This document shows positions 26,511 to 37,588 of a DNA stretch of 64,000 nt, in pieces (the first letter of the stretch is position 1; every line of letters begins with the position of its first letter). The translations under genes were made by a program, and so were the position numbers. The DNA is from Raillietiella orientalis (taxonomy: Eukaryota): assembly GCA_036172245.1 (NCBI GenBank), contig JAYWIR010000013.1, forward strand, positions 1,860,001 through 1,924,000, read 5' to 3'. The notes under the pieces are model-generated. The model was given only the letters and a program-made list of their open reading frames with translations, was not told the DNA's origin and made no database searches.

Positions 26511-27639
26511 GCTGACGCTCGTTCCCGGATCCCCTGCACTCTCGGGACGAGACCAGTCTAAGGGAGGAGGGAAGATCGAGGCCACGCGTGAGGGGGAAGG
26601 GATGACAAGAAGAAGAGGGAAGAGCACACCCTCAGAGTAGGGCGCCACGAGTCGCCGAATTCGCCTGGGCCCGCCGCTTCTTCGGAGCCTGTAGAGAGGG
26701 AGGAGCAGCGGAGGGAGGACTACCTTTCCCCCTCCGCCTTTCCGGCCCTCCTGCATCCGCCTCCGAGGGGAGAGGCGACTGAGGGAGGCGAGGCGAACCG
26801 GAGACCTGCGAGGGGCCAGGAGCCGCGAGATAACACCCTCACCCGCGGGAGCGGAGCACCCGGGGGAGCGCACGCGCGGCGCCGCCACCGCCTTCCTGCC
26901 TTCTCTTCCCCCCCTCCCACCTTCTACTCCCCATTCCTGGTCTTTCCCGCTTCCACTTACGACATGGGGAGCCCTGGAGCTGTAGCGTCCGCGGATCTCT
27001 TGGACGCCCTCCAGGCCGTTGCCTTGCAACCAGAGGGACGTGGCTGCACCGCCCCCCATGCGACAAGGGGCTGGGCGAGCCACAAGCCCGACGGGAGCGC
27101 GAGCGCCTCAGCCCTTGCACCGCGCCGCCTTTCCGAATTCCCTACACCCTAGAGAAGCCACCTCCCCTTCCCCCAAGCGCCTACTTTCGCGCGGAATGCG
27201 AACGCCTCCGGGGGGAGGGGGAGAATCAGGGGACAGCAACACGCCAGGGGACAGGAACGGTCTTGCCTCCCGGCCCCGCTCGCGGCGCGCTCGACCTGCT
27301 GCCGGAGATCTCGTCCTCCCCTGTCCCTTCACCACCCCTTCTGCCTCCCCCTGTGAGGAGGTCTCATCCTAGGCGGACGTCCCGAACCGCCGCGGCCTGC
27401 CCTCCTATGAGATCGCAGAGATGTGTCGCGCTCTCCCCGGCGGAGGGAAGGAAAAGGGACGAACACGGGAGGAGGGCTGGATGGGGTACGCTCAGGAACC
27501 TCCGCCGACACCTCGGGAGCTCGGAGGACGCCTCCTACCCCGTCCCCGATGATGACCTCGCATCCGAGTCCCTCCCGGCGATAGATGGGCGCCCTGGGCG
27601 GGCCTCAGCAGGAGGTTCGGGGTGGCCTTCCCCCAGGTG

Positions 27640-28270
27640 ACGTGGTCATCGTCAGCAGGATAGATGGCCTCCAGGGGCCACCGTCTATGCCACCCGAGGG
27701 GGCGCATGACCCTTCCAGTCAGGGGGCGATCTCGTAGGTACCACCACCATCCTTATTAATCCAGGAAGGCTACGGAGGGAGGAGTCCGTTCCCCTCTTCC
27801 TCCTCTTGGGAAGAACCCCCTGGTTATTTCTGAGGACCCTCCAGAAGGTCCCGCGCCATGTTGACTCTTCTGTGGGGCGCTCCCGGAAGGGAGCAGCGCG
27901 CTCCTGACACTCTGGAGAGGTGACCCCCAGAAGAAGGGGGTACCAACCTGCTCCATGGAACGCGACGGAGGGTCTTCCTCAGAAAAGGAGAGGGTAAGGG
28001 TCGACCCCACTTGCACTGCTGGAGGGAGGGAACCCCACGGCTCTGTGGTTCCTCGAAGGACCCCGGTCAATGCCCGGAGGCATCTGGTATCCAACGCACA
28101 CGTGCGCCCCCGTCAAGCCCATGAGCCGACCAGTCCCATCCTGCTGGAGAGGAGGGGGGACTCGAAACCCACCTGGACGCACCCTCCCATTCTCGGAGTC
28201 GGCCTTTCCCCGGGTGGTGGTGGCGGGGGGAGGATTCGAACCCGCACCGCTTGGTACGACTCGGCAACGC
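27640..28270 (-). mobile_element. tRNA-derived SINE-like element, second copy
   Basis: B box at 28232-28242 and second B-box-like motif at 28158-28168. Blocks CGGAGGGAGGA.TCCGTT, GG.TCCT.GAAGGACCC and CCAGT.CCATCCTGC are shared with the 25910-26510 copy. Confidence 0.55.
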
Positions 28271-29401
28271 GAGTCACGGCTGGGGCAGCAACAGGCATCA
28301 GGCCCTTCAGCTCCTTGCCACCTCCTCCTGCTGGCCTTGTGACGCCGCAGAGGAAGTGCCCACCCGCGACTCCTCTGCGGAGGTTGCTAGGTACGCTTGT
28401 GCGCGCGCGACGGCACCGGGCAGAGCGCCCCCCCCGGTTGCGAGGGAGACGGCAGCGCGCCTTTCCTCGTTCGGTTTTCTCTCCGGGTGCAGGTCGCACC
28501 CCGCGGAAATCCCCCGGGAGTTCCTCCCGGACCATCAGCGTCCTCCCCCTCCTTCCGGGGTATGCAATGAGGCTCCCCTGCCCTTCCATCCCTCCCAGGA
28601 ACACCCGAGAACCTCTGCGGGATTCCCAGAGCGCGGACAAGCGTGCCAGTAAGGGGCTAACCTCCCCCTCTGTATGGTCCGTGGAGAAGCAGGGCTGCCA
28701 CCACCGGGTCGTCTCCTTCTCCCTTTCATCGGGTCCTTTTTCGTCCGCTTCCGGTTCTCCAGCGTACGAACCGCTGGTCACCAGAGTGCTGCTGGCGTGC
28801 GTGCCTGAGGGGTGCATCCACCCTTGGCTCGCGTGGAGTCCCTGTCCTTAGTCTGCAAGGCCAACGCTCGTTGGCCACGCTCCAGGAGAATCGAGATGTC
28901 CGAAAAGCAGCGAAAGCGAGGACGCTAACAATGCAGAGAGGCCATTTTGTTTTTTTGCGTGTGTTTTTTCTTCTCTCCAACGCGCGCGGAAGCGGCTGCA
29001 GTGCTGCCAGCCCACCAGCGTCGAATGGAAAAGGTCATAGCGGCGTCGCGTGAAGACTTTCGTCGCTCCCGGGAAGCGAGAGGGAGTTTCGGGAATGGGG
29101 TGGCGGCAGTGGTGGTGGTGATGGACGAAGGCCTGGGAAACCACGCGCCCTGCAGAACCCGCCGATCGGACGGGTCGAGCGGGAAATCGTGGGGCTCTCG
29201 GAAAGCGAAAGCGCAGATCCCAACAATAGATCGGGGCAACAATGGGCGGAAACACAGAGAGTGAGAGGCAAAAAAAAAAGAAAAAACGCGCACGCGTGAG
29301 AGCGCTATCACGCGCACGCCCGGCGCAGGCAAACCTCGGCCTCGCCTCGCACCGTTCCGGGACGTCCGCGTGCGCGCGCCTCGTCCGCCGAAGGAGGACG
29401 C

Positions 29402-32400
29402 ATGGAGAGCGACGCGGCATCGACGGCGTCGGCCTCGTCCAGCGGCGTCAGCGAGTCGTCCCCGCTCAGCGACCCCAGTAAGTGCACCCCTCCCTCCCCA
29501 ACCGTCCTCCGCGGCATCCTACGCGCGCCCCAACCCCGCACCCCGACGCGCGAGGATGCCGGAAACCGTTCCGAGCATGGAGGACGACCCGAGACCGTTT
29601 CCACGGACTCCTGCAGGGTGGGGAGGGAGGGAAACCTCCTCACTGAGGACGACCGCGCCCCTCCCACGGCAGGAGTGGCGAGCGCGAAGTGGGGAGGAGG
29701 GCGGGAGAGCGAATCTTTTCCCGAGGGACTGGTCGCCTGCGAGCAAGGGAACTCGGCGCCGTCAGGCAGAGACGGGGAGGAGGAGGGGGTTCCACCCTCT
29801 CTCTTATAGCAACAACGGTGGTGGCTTCGCCGGGAGGAGACGCCTGAACCCTTCCCTCTTCCACGACGAGCGGAGTGGATCGTTGCTCTAAGGACTTCCG
29901 AGAGAGGCCACGCGTCCGCCCGCCCCCTCTGGGATGGCTCCTTCGCCCGTCTGGAGGGCAGGGTCCCCTCTCCGCTCATTGGGGGATGCTTTCGCGCGAT
30001 GATCTGGCCTGGACGCTGCTGGGCCCACGCGGTCTTCTGGCAGGTTGAGTCCCTCCTCTTCCTCGAGCTACCCACCGACACCCTACGGCTCCCCCCTCCC
30101 CATCCTTGCTTTTTTGTTAATCTCGAGCTCCTCAAGCTGGGTCGACCGGCAGGACGCACGCAGGAACACTCAAAACGCAGCAGCCGTCATCACGGAGAGG
30201 ACCCAGCGCCAAGTCCTCCCCCTTCTTCCAGAACCCCGTGGGCGCTAGCGGAGGAGCATCCCGGACTCATGTGCGATGGCGGTTCCCACTCTCCCCCTGG
30301 AGCAGGAAGAGGGGAGCCGCTCATCCCGGGTGCAAATCCACGTGCAGGAACGGAAAGCTTCAGTCGGTCAGGGAGCCTCCTTTCTTGGCTCTGCTCCAGG
30401 TGGTTGCCAAGCTACCGCACCGTCCGCAGCCTCCTTCCCTTTTTCTTGTCTTTTTTTTTTTCTTGACCACGCGAGTGTTTTCTTCTCCTCCTCCTCTTCT
30501 TCCCTCCCGTCCCCCTTCTGCAGCGGCAGCTCGCTGCAGCATCCGGAGGGAATCTTCTGACCCTTTAAAGGGAATCTTGCCTGGTTTACCCCCCTCCCCT
30601 CATCGTCCCTTATTATGGATCAGGAACGCTCCTGGCGCCTTTTCTTCCCCTTCGCCTTCGCTACGGCAGTGGAGCTTTTCGGCAGGAAAAAGAGAGCGAG
30701 CAAAGGGCAAGACGGAAGGAAGGAGCAGGCAAAACGCATCTCCTCCGCCGCCGCCGCTTCCTCCTCCGTGGAGGAGGCCGCCTCTGAGGACCCTGGGAGG
30801 ACGGGAAAGGGAAAAGGAAGGAGGGTTGCCGCGGGTTTCTGTCTCCCTGGGTTGCGCCCTTGAGCCGACTGCGGGCGAAGACGAGGGCAATCCCCACGCT
30901 CGCAGCTGCTCGCCCCCTCTTCCAGGGATGATACGCATCTGGACCGAAGACGAGAAGGGCTTCATCCTGAAGCCGAAAGAGCAGGAAGCGTCTCCCAGGT
31001 GAGCGAGAACAGCAGCCCCTCCCGCGGCGGGGTCAGGGCCGGCGGGTCCCGCGCCTCGCTCGCGGGCGCAGTGACTCCAGATGCCTCTCCCCCTCCGCAG
31101 AGAGTCCTCCTCCGGAAACTCCGAGAGCGACGAGGGTCAGCGTTGGGCAGCGGCCACAGGGAAGGAGAGCTGCTCGAAGATCATCCAGAGCGAGCCCGTG
31201 GTGGGGAGCTCCCCAGCGAGGCTCCGGGTGATCCCCTGCAGTAGGGGGACGCAGACCAGGAGGAGCTACCTGGAGGACGAGATGTATGGGTGCGTTTCCC
31301 CTCCCCACCCCCCCGTCCCTCCACCTCTGCCCAGACGCGCTCTCGTCTCGGCGACGAGGGTCATCCCCATGGACCAACAGGCTACCAGGCTAGCGTGGGC
31401 CGCCCTTCACAAGCTGGGGGCGATCCTACGGAGCAAGCGCATCTTCATGAGGAGCCACGGGGACAGCTGGCAGGAGCTCCTGGACCTGCAGGTCAGAAGG
31501 GGACCCGCCCCCGCCAGGGAGGAGAGGACGGCTGGGGAATAGACCTGCCCTCCTCGCCCGCTCCCTCCAGGGACGAGAGGGCGCTTTCTCGAGGAAGCCC
31601 CTGGTGACCGGGGACGAGAGGGTCACCTACCCCTCCCTGTATCCCGAGGGTCACGCCAGGAAGCCGACCATCCTGCAGTACGTCCGGGAGACCTGGGTGA
31701 TGGACCGCGAGGCGGAGCCTTTCCTCGGGACCGCAGGTGAGTCCGTAGCTCCCGCCTCCTCCCCCTCACCCACCCCGCCGCCAAGGAGACCGGCGGTCCC
31801 TATCGGAGAGGGAGACGCGAAGACTGCGGGCGGAAGTCGGGCGCCTGCGCAGAGTCCTGGAGCTGCTCTGCAGCAGCTTTCGCTCCGCCGCCACTCGCTG
31901 GGAGGAGCAGCCTCTCCTAGAGGCGCGGGAGATCCCTCGGGAGGATCGCAGGGAGGTCGCCGTCCTCGACGAACGCCGCAAGCCGGAGTGGCTGCGGTGG
32001 CCTCGGGAGGAGGAGGGGTGGGAGCAGAAGGAGAGCGGCGCCGCTGTGCCCGCCGTCATCCGCCCACAAGGGCCCGTTAGGGAACGAGCACCCAGGCCCT
32101 CCGAAACTCCAGTGCCGCCGCCAGCCCCGAACGTATCGGGTCCCTCGGACGAGCCAGCGCCGCCAGAGCCGCCAGCGCCGCCTCCGCCGCCTCCGCCGCC
32201 TGCCGCGGAGACGACGACGACGACGACGACGGAGCGGAAACACAGGAGCAGGCGCCGCCCACCCCCGCCGCCCAAGCAGCTGCGAGCAGCGAGGAAGGCA
32301 GCCGCCAAGGTGCCCGTGGCTGAGCGCCCAGGGCCTCCGGCGGCGTGGCGCCGGCGGCGGTCCGAGAGGCGCGGGACGCCGTCCCTGGAGGAGCTGGAGC

Positions 32401-35400
32401 GAGCGGCGCGCTCCCTCGGCGACTTCGCTCCCTCCCTCGCGGCGGAGGCGGCGGCTGCTGCCCGCGAATATGGCTGGTGGGTCGGAAAGCAGAGGACTCC
32501 CGGAGAGAGGGCACGCACCAAGAGCGCGTCCAGGAGCCGCTCCTGGAGGACGGAGAGCTTCCGGGAGGAGGAGGAGGAGGAAGAGGAGAAGGACGCCTCC
32601 GCCCTCGAGAGGCACCCGCCTGACGAGGACCAGTGCGAAGGAGCAGCGAGGCCGCTCCCCCGCGAGGTAACCGCGCGCACCTTCCCGCGCTGGGAGGCTC
32701 CCAGTCCCTAGCCAGCACGCAGCGGATCTGCAGCCGCAGGGCATGCGCGAGTCTCCCATCTGACCTTTCTCCCCCTCCGCCCTTCTTTTCCCGGCGTTCC
32801 TTTCGTTCCCTCCCTTCCCCTCCGCGGCTGGCCTCTTTCTTCCCAGAGCAGACAGGGAGGTGTCGTGGGGCGGCTGGGCGAGCGCGCCCTCCGGTGACCG
32901 CGTCCACAGCCTCCCGGCTGCCCCTCCCTGGGAAGGGAGGCGGGGAAGGAGGGAGGCAGAAGTGGGCGGCGGTGCCCAGAACAAATGGGGAGGAGCGGAC
33001 ACGTGGGGAGGGACCGCGGATCAACCGAGCCTGCACAGCGGCGGCATCGCCCACTATCTCCCCCCCCCTGCCCGCCTGCAGTCCACCCGCGTTGAAAGAT
33101 GCCCTCCGTCAGCTCTCCCTTTCATCCTCCTCGATCCGCTTTCCTTTTCCCTGGGGATGCCTCGAGGGAAATTTCCCGCCTCGTCCTCCTCCATCCTACC
33201 GAGGATCGGCGACTTCCCCAAAGTGATGAGAGCGCGATTATCGTGTGCGCATGCGGTTGAGGACGACGACATCCTCCTTCCGAGGTGTCACGAGCCTTCG
33301 AAGGCAACTCTTATCCTTCCAGCAAACCAAAGTCCAGCTAAAGAGAGGCCCACGAACCTTTCTCTGCCGCCGTTCAAGAATAAGAGAGAGAGCCCTAGAA
33401 GTGTGGGTGGGAGGAAGAGGCATCCATCCCTCTTGGAGAAGCTTCTCTTCTCACTCCCGGGGGAGGAGCGCCGCCTTCCGGACTCCGAGCGGGTGCGACC
33501 GAGGTCGGAAGCGAAATGACCGGCCTCAGCGACGCGTCCGCGGCGCTATGGATCCCCCCCCCCCCATCCCCATTGTTGAGGTCGCGTCTGCAAGCCATTT
33601 TTCCCCCGCCGTGCGATTGCCGACTGACAACCACAACGACGTACGTGCGTGCGTGCGTGCGTGCTCATGTTTCCCTCCCCCGCTCCCCACCCCACCCGCC
33701 GTCCTCTCCCTCGCCGTGCTTTCGCCTACGCGTTCCTACACGTCGTTAGCGTACCGCTTCACGACGACCGCCGTTGTTGGCCTTCACGCCCCACGGGGTT
33801 GACCAACTCTGAACCCTCATCCCTCCCGCTCCTTCCCTCGCAGGAAAGCGCCCAACGCCGCTGGGCATCAACGCCCGAGCGACACTCCAGGTCTTCATGA
33901 GGAGAGAGAGGTGCTACCATGACTTATCCTGTCGATTCAGGACGAGCCTGTGAGCAGGGATCGGTTTGCTGGCCCTAAGGAGATGGAGAAAGGTCGGTTC
34001 CTGGTCGCCGAGGGGAGGTGCCTGCCACTTGGTCATGATGAGTTGGGAAAAAGAAGGGAAAGGGGGATGAGGGGCAGCGAGAGAGGGAGGGAGTGTGCAC
34101 GTGAGAGGAGAGAATGAGCGCTTCGTCCCTGGAAACTGATGGATCTCGATTTCCTCCTCCGGGAAAGGGGGGACCACCTTCCTGCGGAAGGTCTGTGCGC
34201 TCTCAAAGAGAGCGGCGGCGCCAAGGCGGTGGCGATGACTGCGGCCAGCTCAAGTTGCATCCCGCGGTCTCGTCAGGGAGCATCTACAAAGCAGACCGGA
34301 TCAGCTACAGCCTCTACCTGCACGGGCCGTTGGGCACGCACCACGAGCTTCTCTCCAAGATCGTAGGCGAAGAGGAGGAACTGCACCACGCCAACGAGTT
34401 CTGCATCGAATCCCTAAAGAGCTTGAATTTCGTGCCGCAGTTCTTCTCCGAGTTCTTCAAGTAAGTCGGCAATGATGCTGCTACCTCGGTCTCTTGTCGC
34501 TTCCCACCTTCCCACTGTCGCTCTCGTTTCCCTCCTACCTGCGTTTTGCTTAGTTGTTGCCGCTGCTGCTCACCATCTATCTGCTCCCGCTACGGTCTTC
34601 CCCAAAGTGATGAGAGCGCGATTATCGTGTGCGCATGCGGTTGAGGACGACGACATCCTCCTTCCGAGGTGTCACGAGCCTTCGAAGGCAACTCTTATCC
34701 TTCCAGCAAACCAAAGTCCAGCTAAAGAGAGGCCCACGAACCTTTCTCTGCCGCCGTTCAAGAATAAGAGAGAGAGCCCTAGAAGTGTGGGTGGGAGGAA
34801 GAGGCATCCATCCCTCTTGGAGAAGCTTCTCTTCTCACCCCCGAGACTTTCCCTGGACCTTGCTTCTTGTGCTCACCACTCCGGCATCTCGGGCGATCTC
34901 GACCAAGAGAAAGGCCAGAGACAGATCTAGAGGCGCGTGCCCTCTCGCCTCGGTGAACGGTGCAGCTCTTCGAGTCCTCCGAGCTGCACCGGGGAAGAAG
35001 GTTTTGGTGGGGAATATTGCCAAGGGAGGAGAGAGGGGAGCAAATCAAAGAAGGAGGGAGAAGAAAGGTCACCCTCTCTCGAGCATTACGTTACCACCAA
35101 AGAACGGCTTGCCGGGTCCGCCGTTGCCCGGTGGAACCGCAAACCCTCCCTGCCGCGGTCCAGAGAACGCCCGAATGTGGAACGGCAGTCCGACCTTCGC
35201 GAGACTTCCGCGCGTGCGCAGTGGCTTGGAAGGGGCTCCGTGACCAGGGGTTTCGCAACACTCCCGAGCGGTGCCCGTCCCCTCAGAGGGAGGCAGGCTA
35301 GGGTATCTGCAAGAGCGGCGAGGCGAAGCCACCGCCGACTTTCCGGTGAAGCACCGGGAAGCCGGCGGTTCGAGGAGCGGAGGCCCACACGAGAACGCGA

Positions 35401-37549
35401 GGGCACGCATGCGAACGCCCGCGGGCTGGAGAACGGACACCTGGAAGCTGACGTGAGCGGAGTGTTCCAGGAACCGCATCAGCTCGGAGCTTTCCTCCCT
35501 GCTGCTGGCGCCGACGGAGGAAGAGCGCAGCAGGCGAGAGGCGGACGTTCCGGAGGCGGAGGTGACGGGCTCCCCGCTGCTCCCCCGGAAGCTCTCTGTC
35601 GCCTGTTCCATCCTCTCCAAAAAGGTCCGTGCGCTCCGGAAACCCCTGCTCTTCCAGGACGTGTCCTTCCGAGATCACACGGGCACGGTGTTCTACCCCA
35701 GCGGGAACGCCGCAGTGGTGGTCTCCAGGTTCGAGAAGAGAAGGGTCGTCACCTTGCTCAGTGATTCGAAGCCGTCGAGGCTCCTGGGCGTCGTCACATC
35801 GACAGGCGACGGAGCCATGTACGACAGCAGCGGGAGACTGATGTGAGTGGCAGCAGGTGGCAGACGCCCTTTGGAGGGAACCGCATGGCTTCCACCTCCT
35901 TCCTCCCGCCGCTTCCGGGAGCTGCGTCGGGGACGGGAGACGCGGGAACACTCCCCAAGATCCCGCCTGCTGAAGACGGGAACTCCGCTTCGACTGATCC
36001 ACGCGTGAGCTGGCCCGGGTTCTTCTAGAACCCGGACACGATCATGTCGGTCGGATCGGCGAGCGCTGAATACGCGACCTGAGACGTGGTCCCTCTCCCC
36101 CCGCGCGATGGACGAAAGCGTGCGGAAGCCCGTCGTTCAGGAAAGTTGCCCCGGGATTCGGCAGGTTGAGGCAGAAACCGATCCCTTCTACCCTCAGGCG
36201 GGCGGCGTCCCTCCTCATGTGCCTCGGGGAAAAAGCAAACACGACCGCGGAGTCTCGTGGAGGAGGCGGGAGGGCCGCGCTCGTGCGCCTGCATCTCATC
36301 CGGAAGCCAAGGGCGACTTTCCCTGCACCGACGGAAGGACCTACACTCCCCCCACCCCGCACCCAAAAAAAAAGAAAAAGAGAGATGCAGGAGCAGACCC
36401 CTTTTTCCTCAAGCCCTCTGGAGTGTCCCTTTTCGTGCCGCCTCTTTCACGTCCTGGGTATGCTCGGGCCCTGGGAAATGGAGCAGCAGCAGCTCCTTCC
36501 CGCTGCGGAGGTGGTTGGCAGCCCGCGCGCGACGGCTTGCTCGCGCTCCCCTGCTCCCCCCCCGGGAGGAATCCTCTCGGCTCCCTCCCTCACAGACCCA
36601 CCCCCAGGATCCACTACAACCTGCTCGGGGGAGAGCAGTACTCCTCGTCGGGTCGCAAGTCTCACCGATGCTGGTACTGGAAGGCCGCCGCAGGCGAAGA
36701 GCGCCCCGTCCTGGTCTATCCTATCAGTGTCACCCTGAGTCAGAACCTATCCCTGAAGATCACTTCCCAGAGGAAGGTCGCGCTGACCTTCCGGAGCAGG
36801 CGCAGCCGCATCAGGTGAGAGGGGCACGGGACGCGCGCGGTGCGAGCTCCCTCCACCCTATTTGTAGGCTGAACCTAGGGGTGATGGTGGAAGGGAGACC
36901 CTGCCCCATCGCCCCCTTCCGCGTGCAGAAGTGCGACGAGGAGCTGAGGACCCTAAGGGAGAAGGTCCGGTGCGCTCTCCGGCAGATGCGAGCGCTGGTC
37001 TCCTCTAAGAGGGATGCACGGCAGCCTCCCGCGCCACCCGTCGCGAGCAGGCTGGGGAGGCTGCAGCTGGAGCCTCCTCGCGGGAATCCGCGCGAGGCCG
37101 AAGACAGGCGGAAGAGGGGTGGGGGATCGGACGAAGCCGGCGGACCCGAAAGGGACCAGGACTTCCCAGCTTCCTGCTCGCCGGTCGCCCCAGGTGGCGA
37201 GCGCCAGCGGGAGGAAGCGTCTGGCAAGTTCGATCTGCGCCTCCCGCTTCGCGTGGAGGACGCGCGGGAGCGATCCGGAACGAAGACCTGGGAACGCGCC
37301 GCCAGCGGAAATAGGAGGTCCCCGGCGAGCAAGTGGAGCACGGCGGAGGGGGGAAAGGAAGGCGGCGGCGGCGGCGAGCCGCGCGCTCCGGAAGACTCGG
37401 TATCCCCCTGCCACGCGGGCCCCGGTGCGACTAGGACATCCCACCGGCAGATCCGGAAGAGAGAGGCTGGCCCACGTGCGGGCGGTGGCGAGAGCAACCA
37501 GCTGACGCTCGAGGCGGGTCAAGGAGCGGAGGCGGTCGAGCGGTCCTGA
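29402..37549 (+). CDS. FAM194-domain protein, ERICH6 (glutamate-rich protein 6)-like; 11 exons, ~1010 aa
   Basis: Exons 29402-29477, 30926-30998, 31101-31283, 31335-31491, 31571-31736, 31786-32666, 33941-33992, 34277-34460, 35471-35842, 36608-36814 and 36868-37549. All introns are GT-AG with consistent phases, total 3033 nt. The spliced C-terminal region (TGTVFYPSGNAAVVV...LLGVVTSTGDGAMYDSSGRLMIHYNLLGGEQYSSSGRKSHRCWYWK...YPISVTLSQNLSLKITSQRKVALTF...IRLNLG) matches the FAM194 pattern as I recall it from ERICH6 (YPSGNLAI...GGQYSD.G...W.W...P..L.LN). The N-terminal and middle exons (especially 33941-33992) are less certain than the domain exons. Confidence 0.75.
33213..33454. repeat. 242-bp direct repeat, copy 1 (intron of ERICH6-like gene)
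   Basis: Identical by eye to 34597-34838; the ORF track gives the same peptide for 33238..33423 and 34622..34807. Confidence 0.95.
34597..34838. repeat. 242-bp direct repeat, copy 2 (intron of ERICH6-like gene)
   Basis: Identical by eye to 33213-33454, offset 1384 bp. Confidence 0.95.
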
Positions 37550-37561
37550 GAGTAGAAAAAA

Positions 37562-37588
37562 AATAAAGTAGGAAGGAAAAAAAATAAA
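37562..37588 (+). terminator. Tandem polyadenylation signals of the ERICH6-like gene
   Basis: AATAAA at 37562-37567 and 37583-37588, just after the stop codon at 37547-37549. Confidence 0.55.

Noticed and set aside
12721..28242. GGTTCGAATCC motifs as functional tRNA genes
   Set aside because: No full cloverleaf can be drawn, and the two at 26440 and 28232 sit within a larger repeated element, so they are treated as SINE heads.
33844..33949. Extra ERICH6-like exon after the strong acceptor at 33843
   Set aside because: The phase-0 reading reaches TGA, and the open phase-1 frame does not match the upstream phase-0 donor. Left out of the model, although an alternative structure cannot be excluded.
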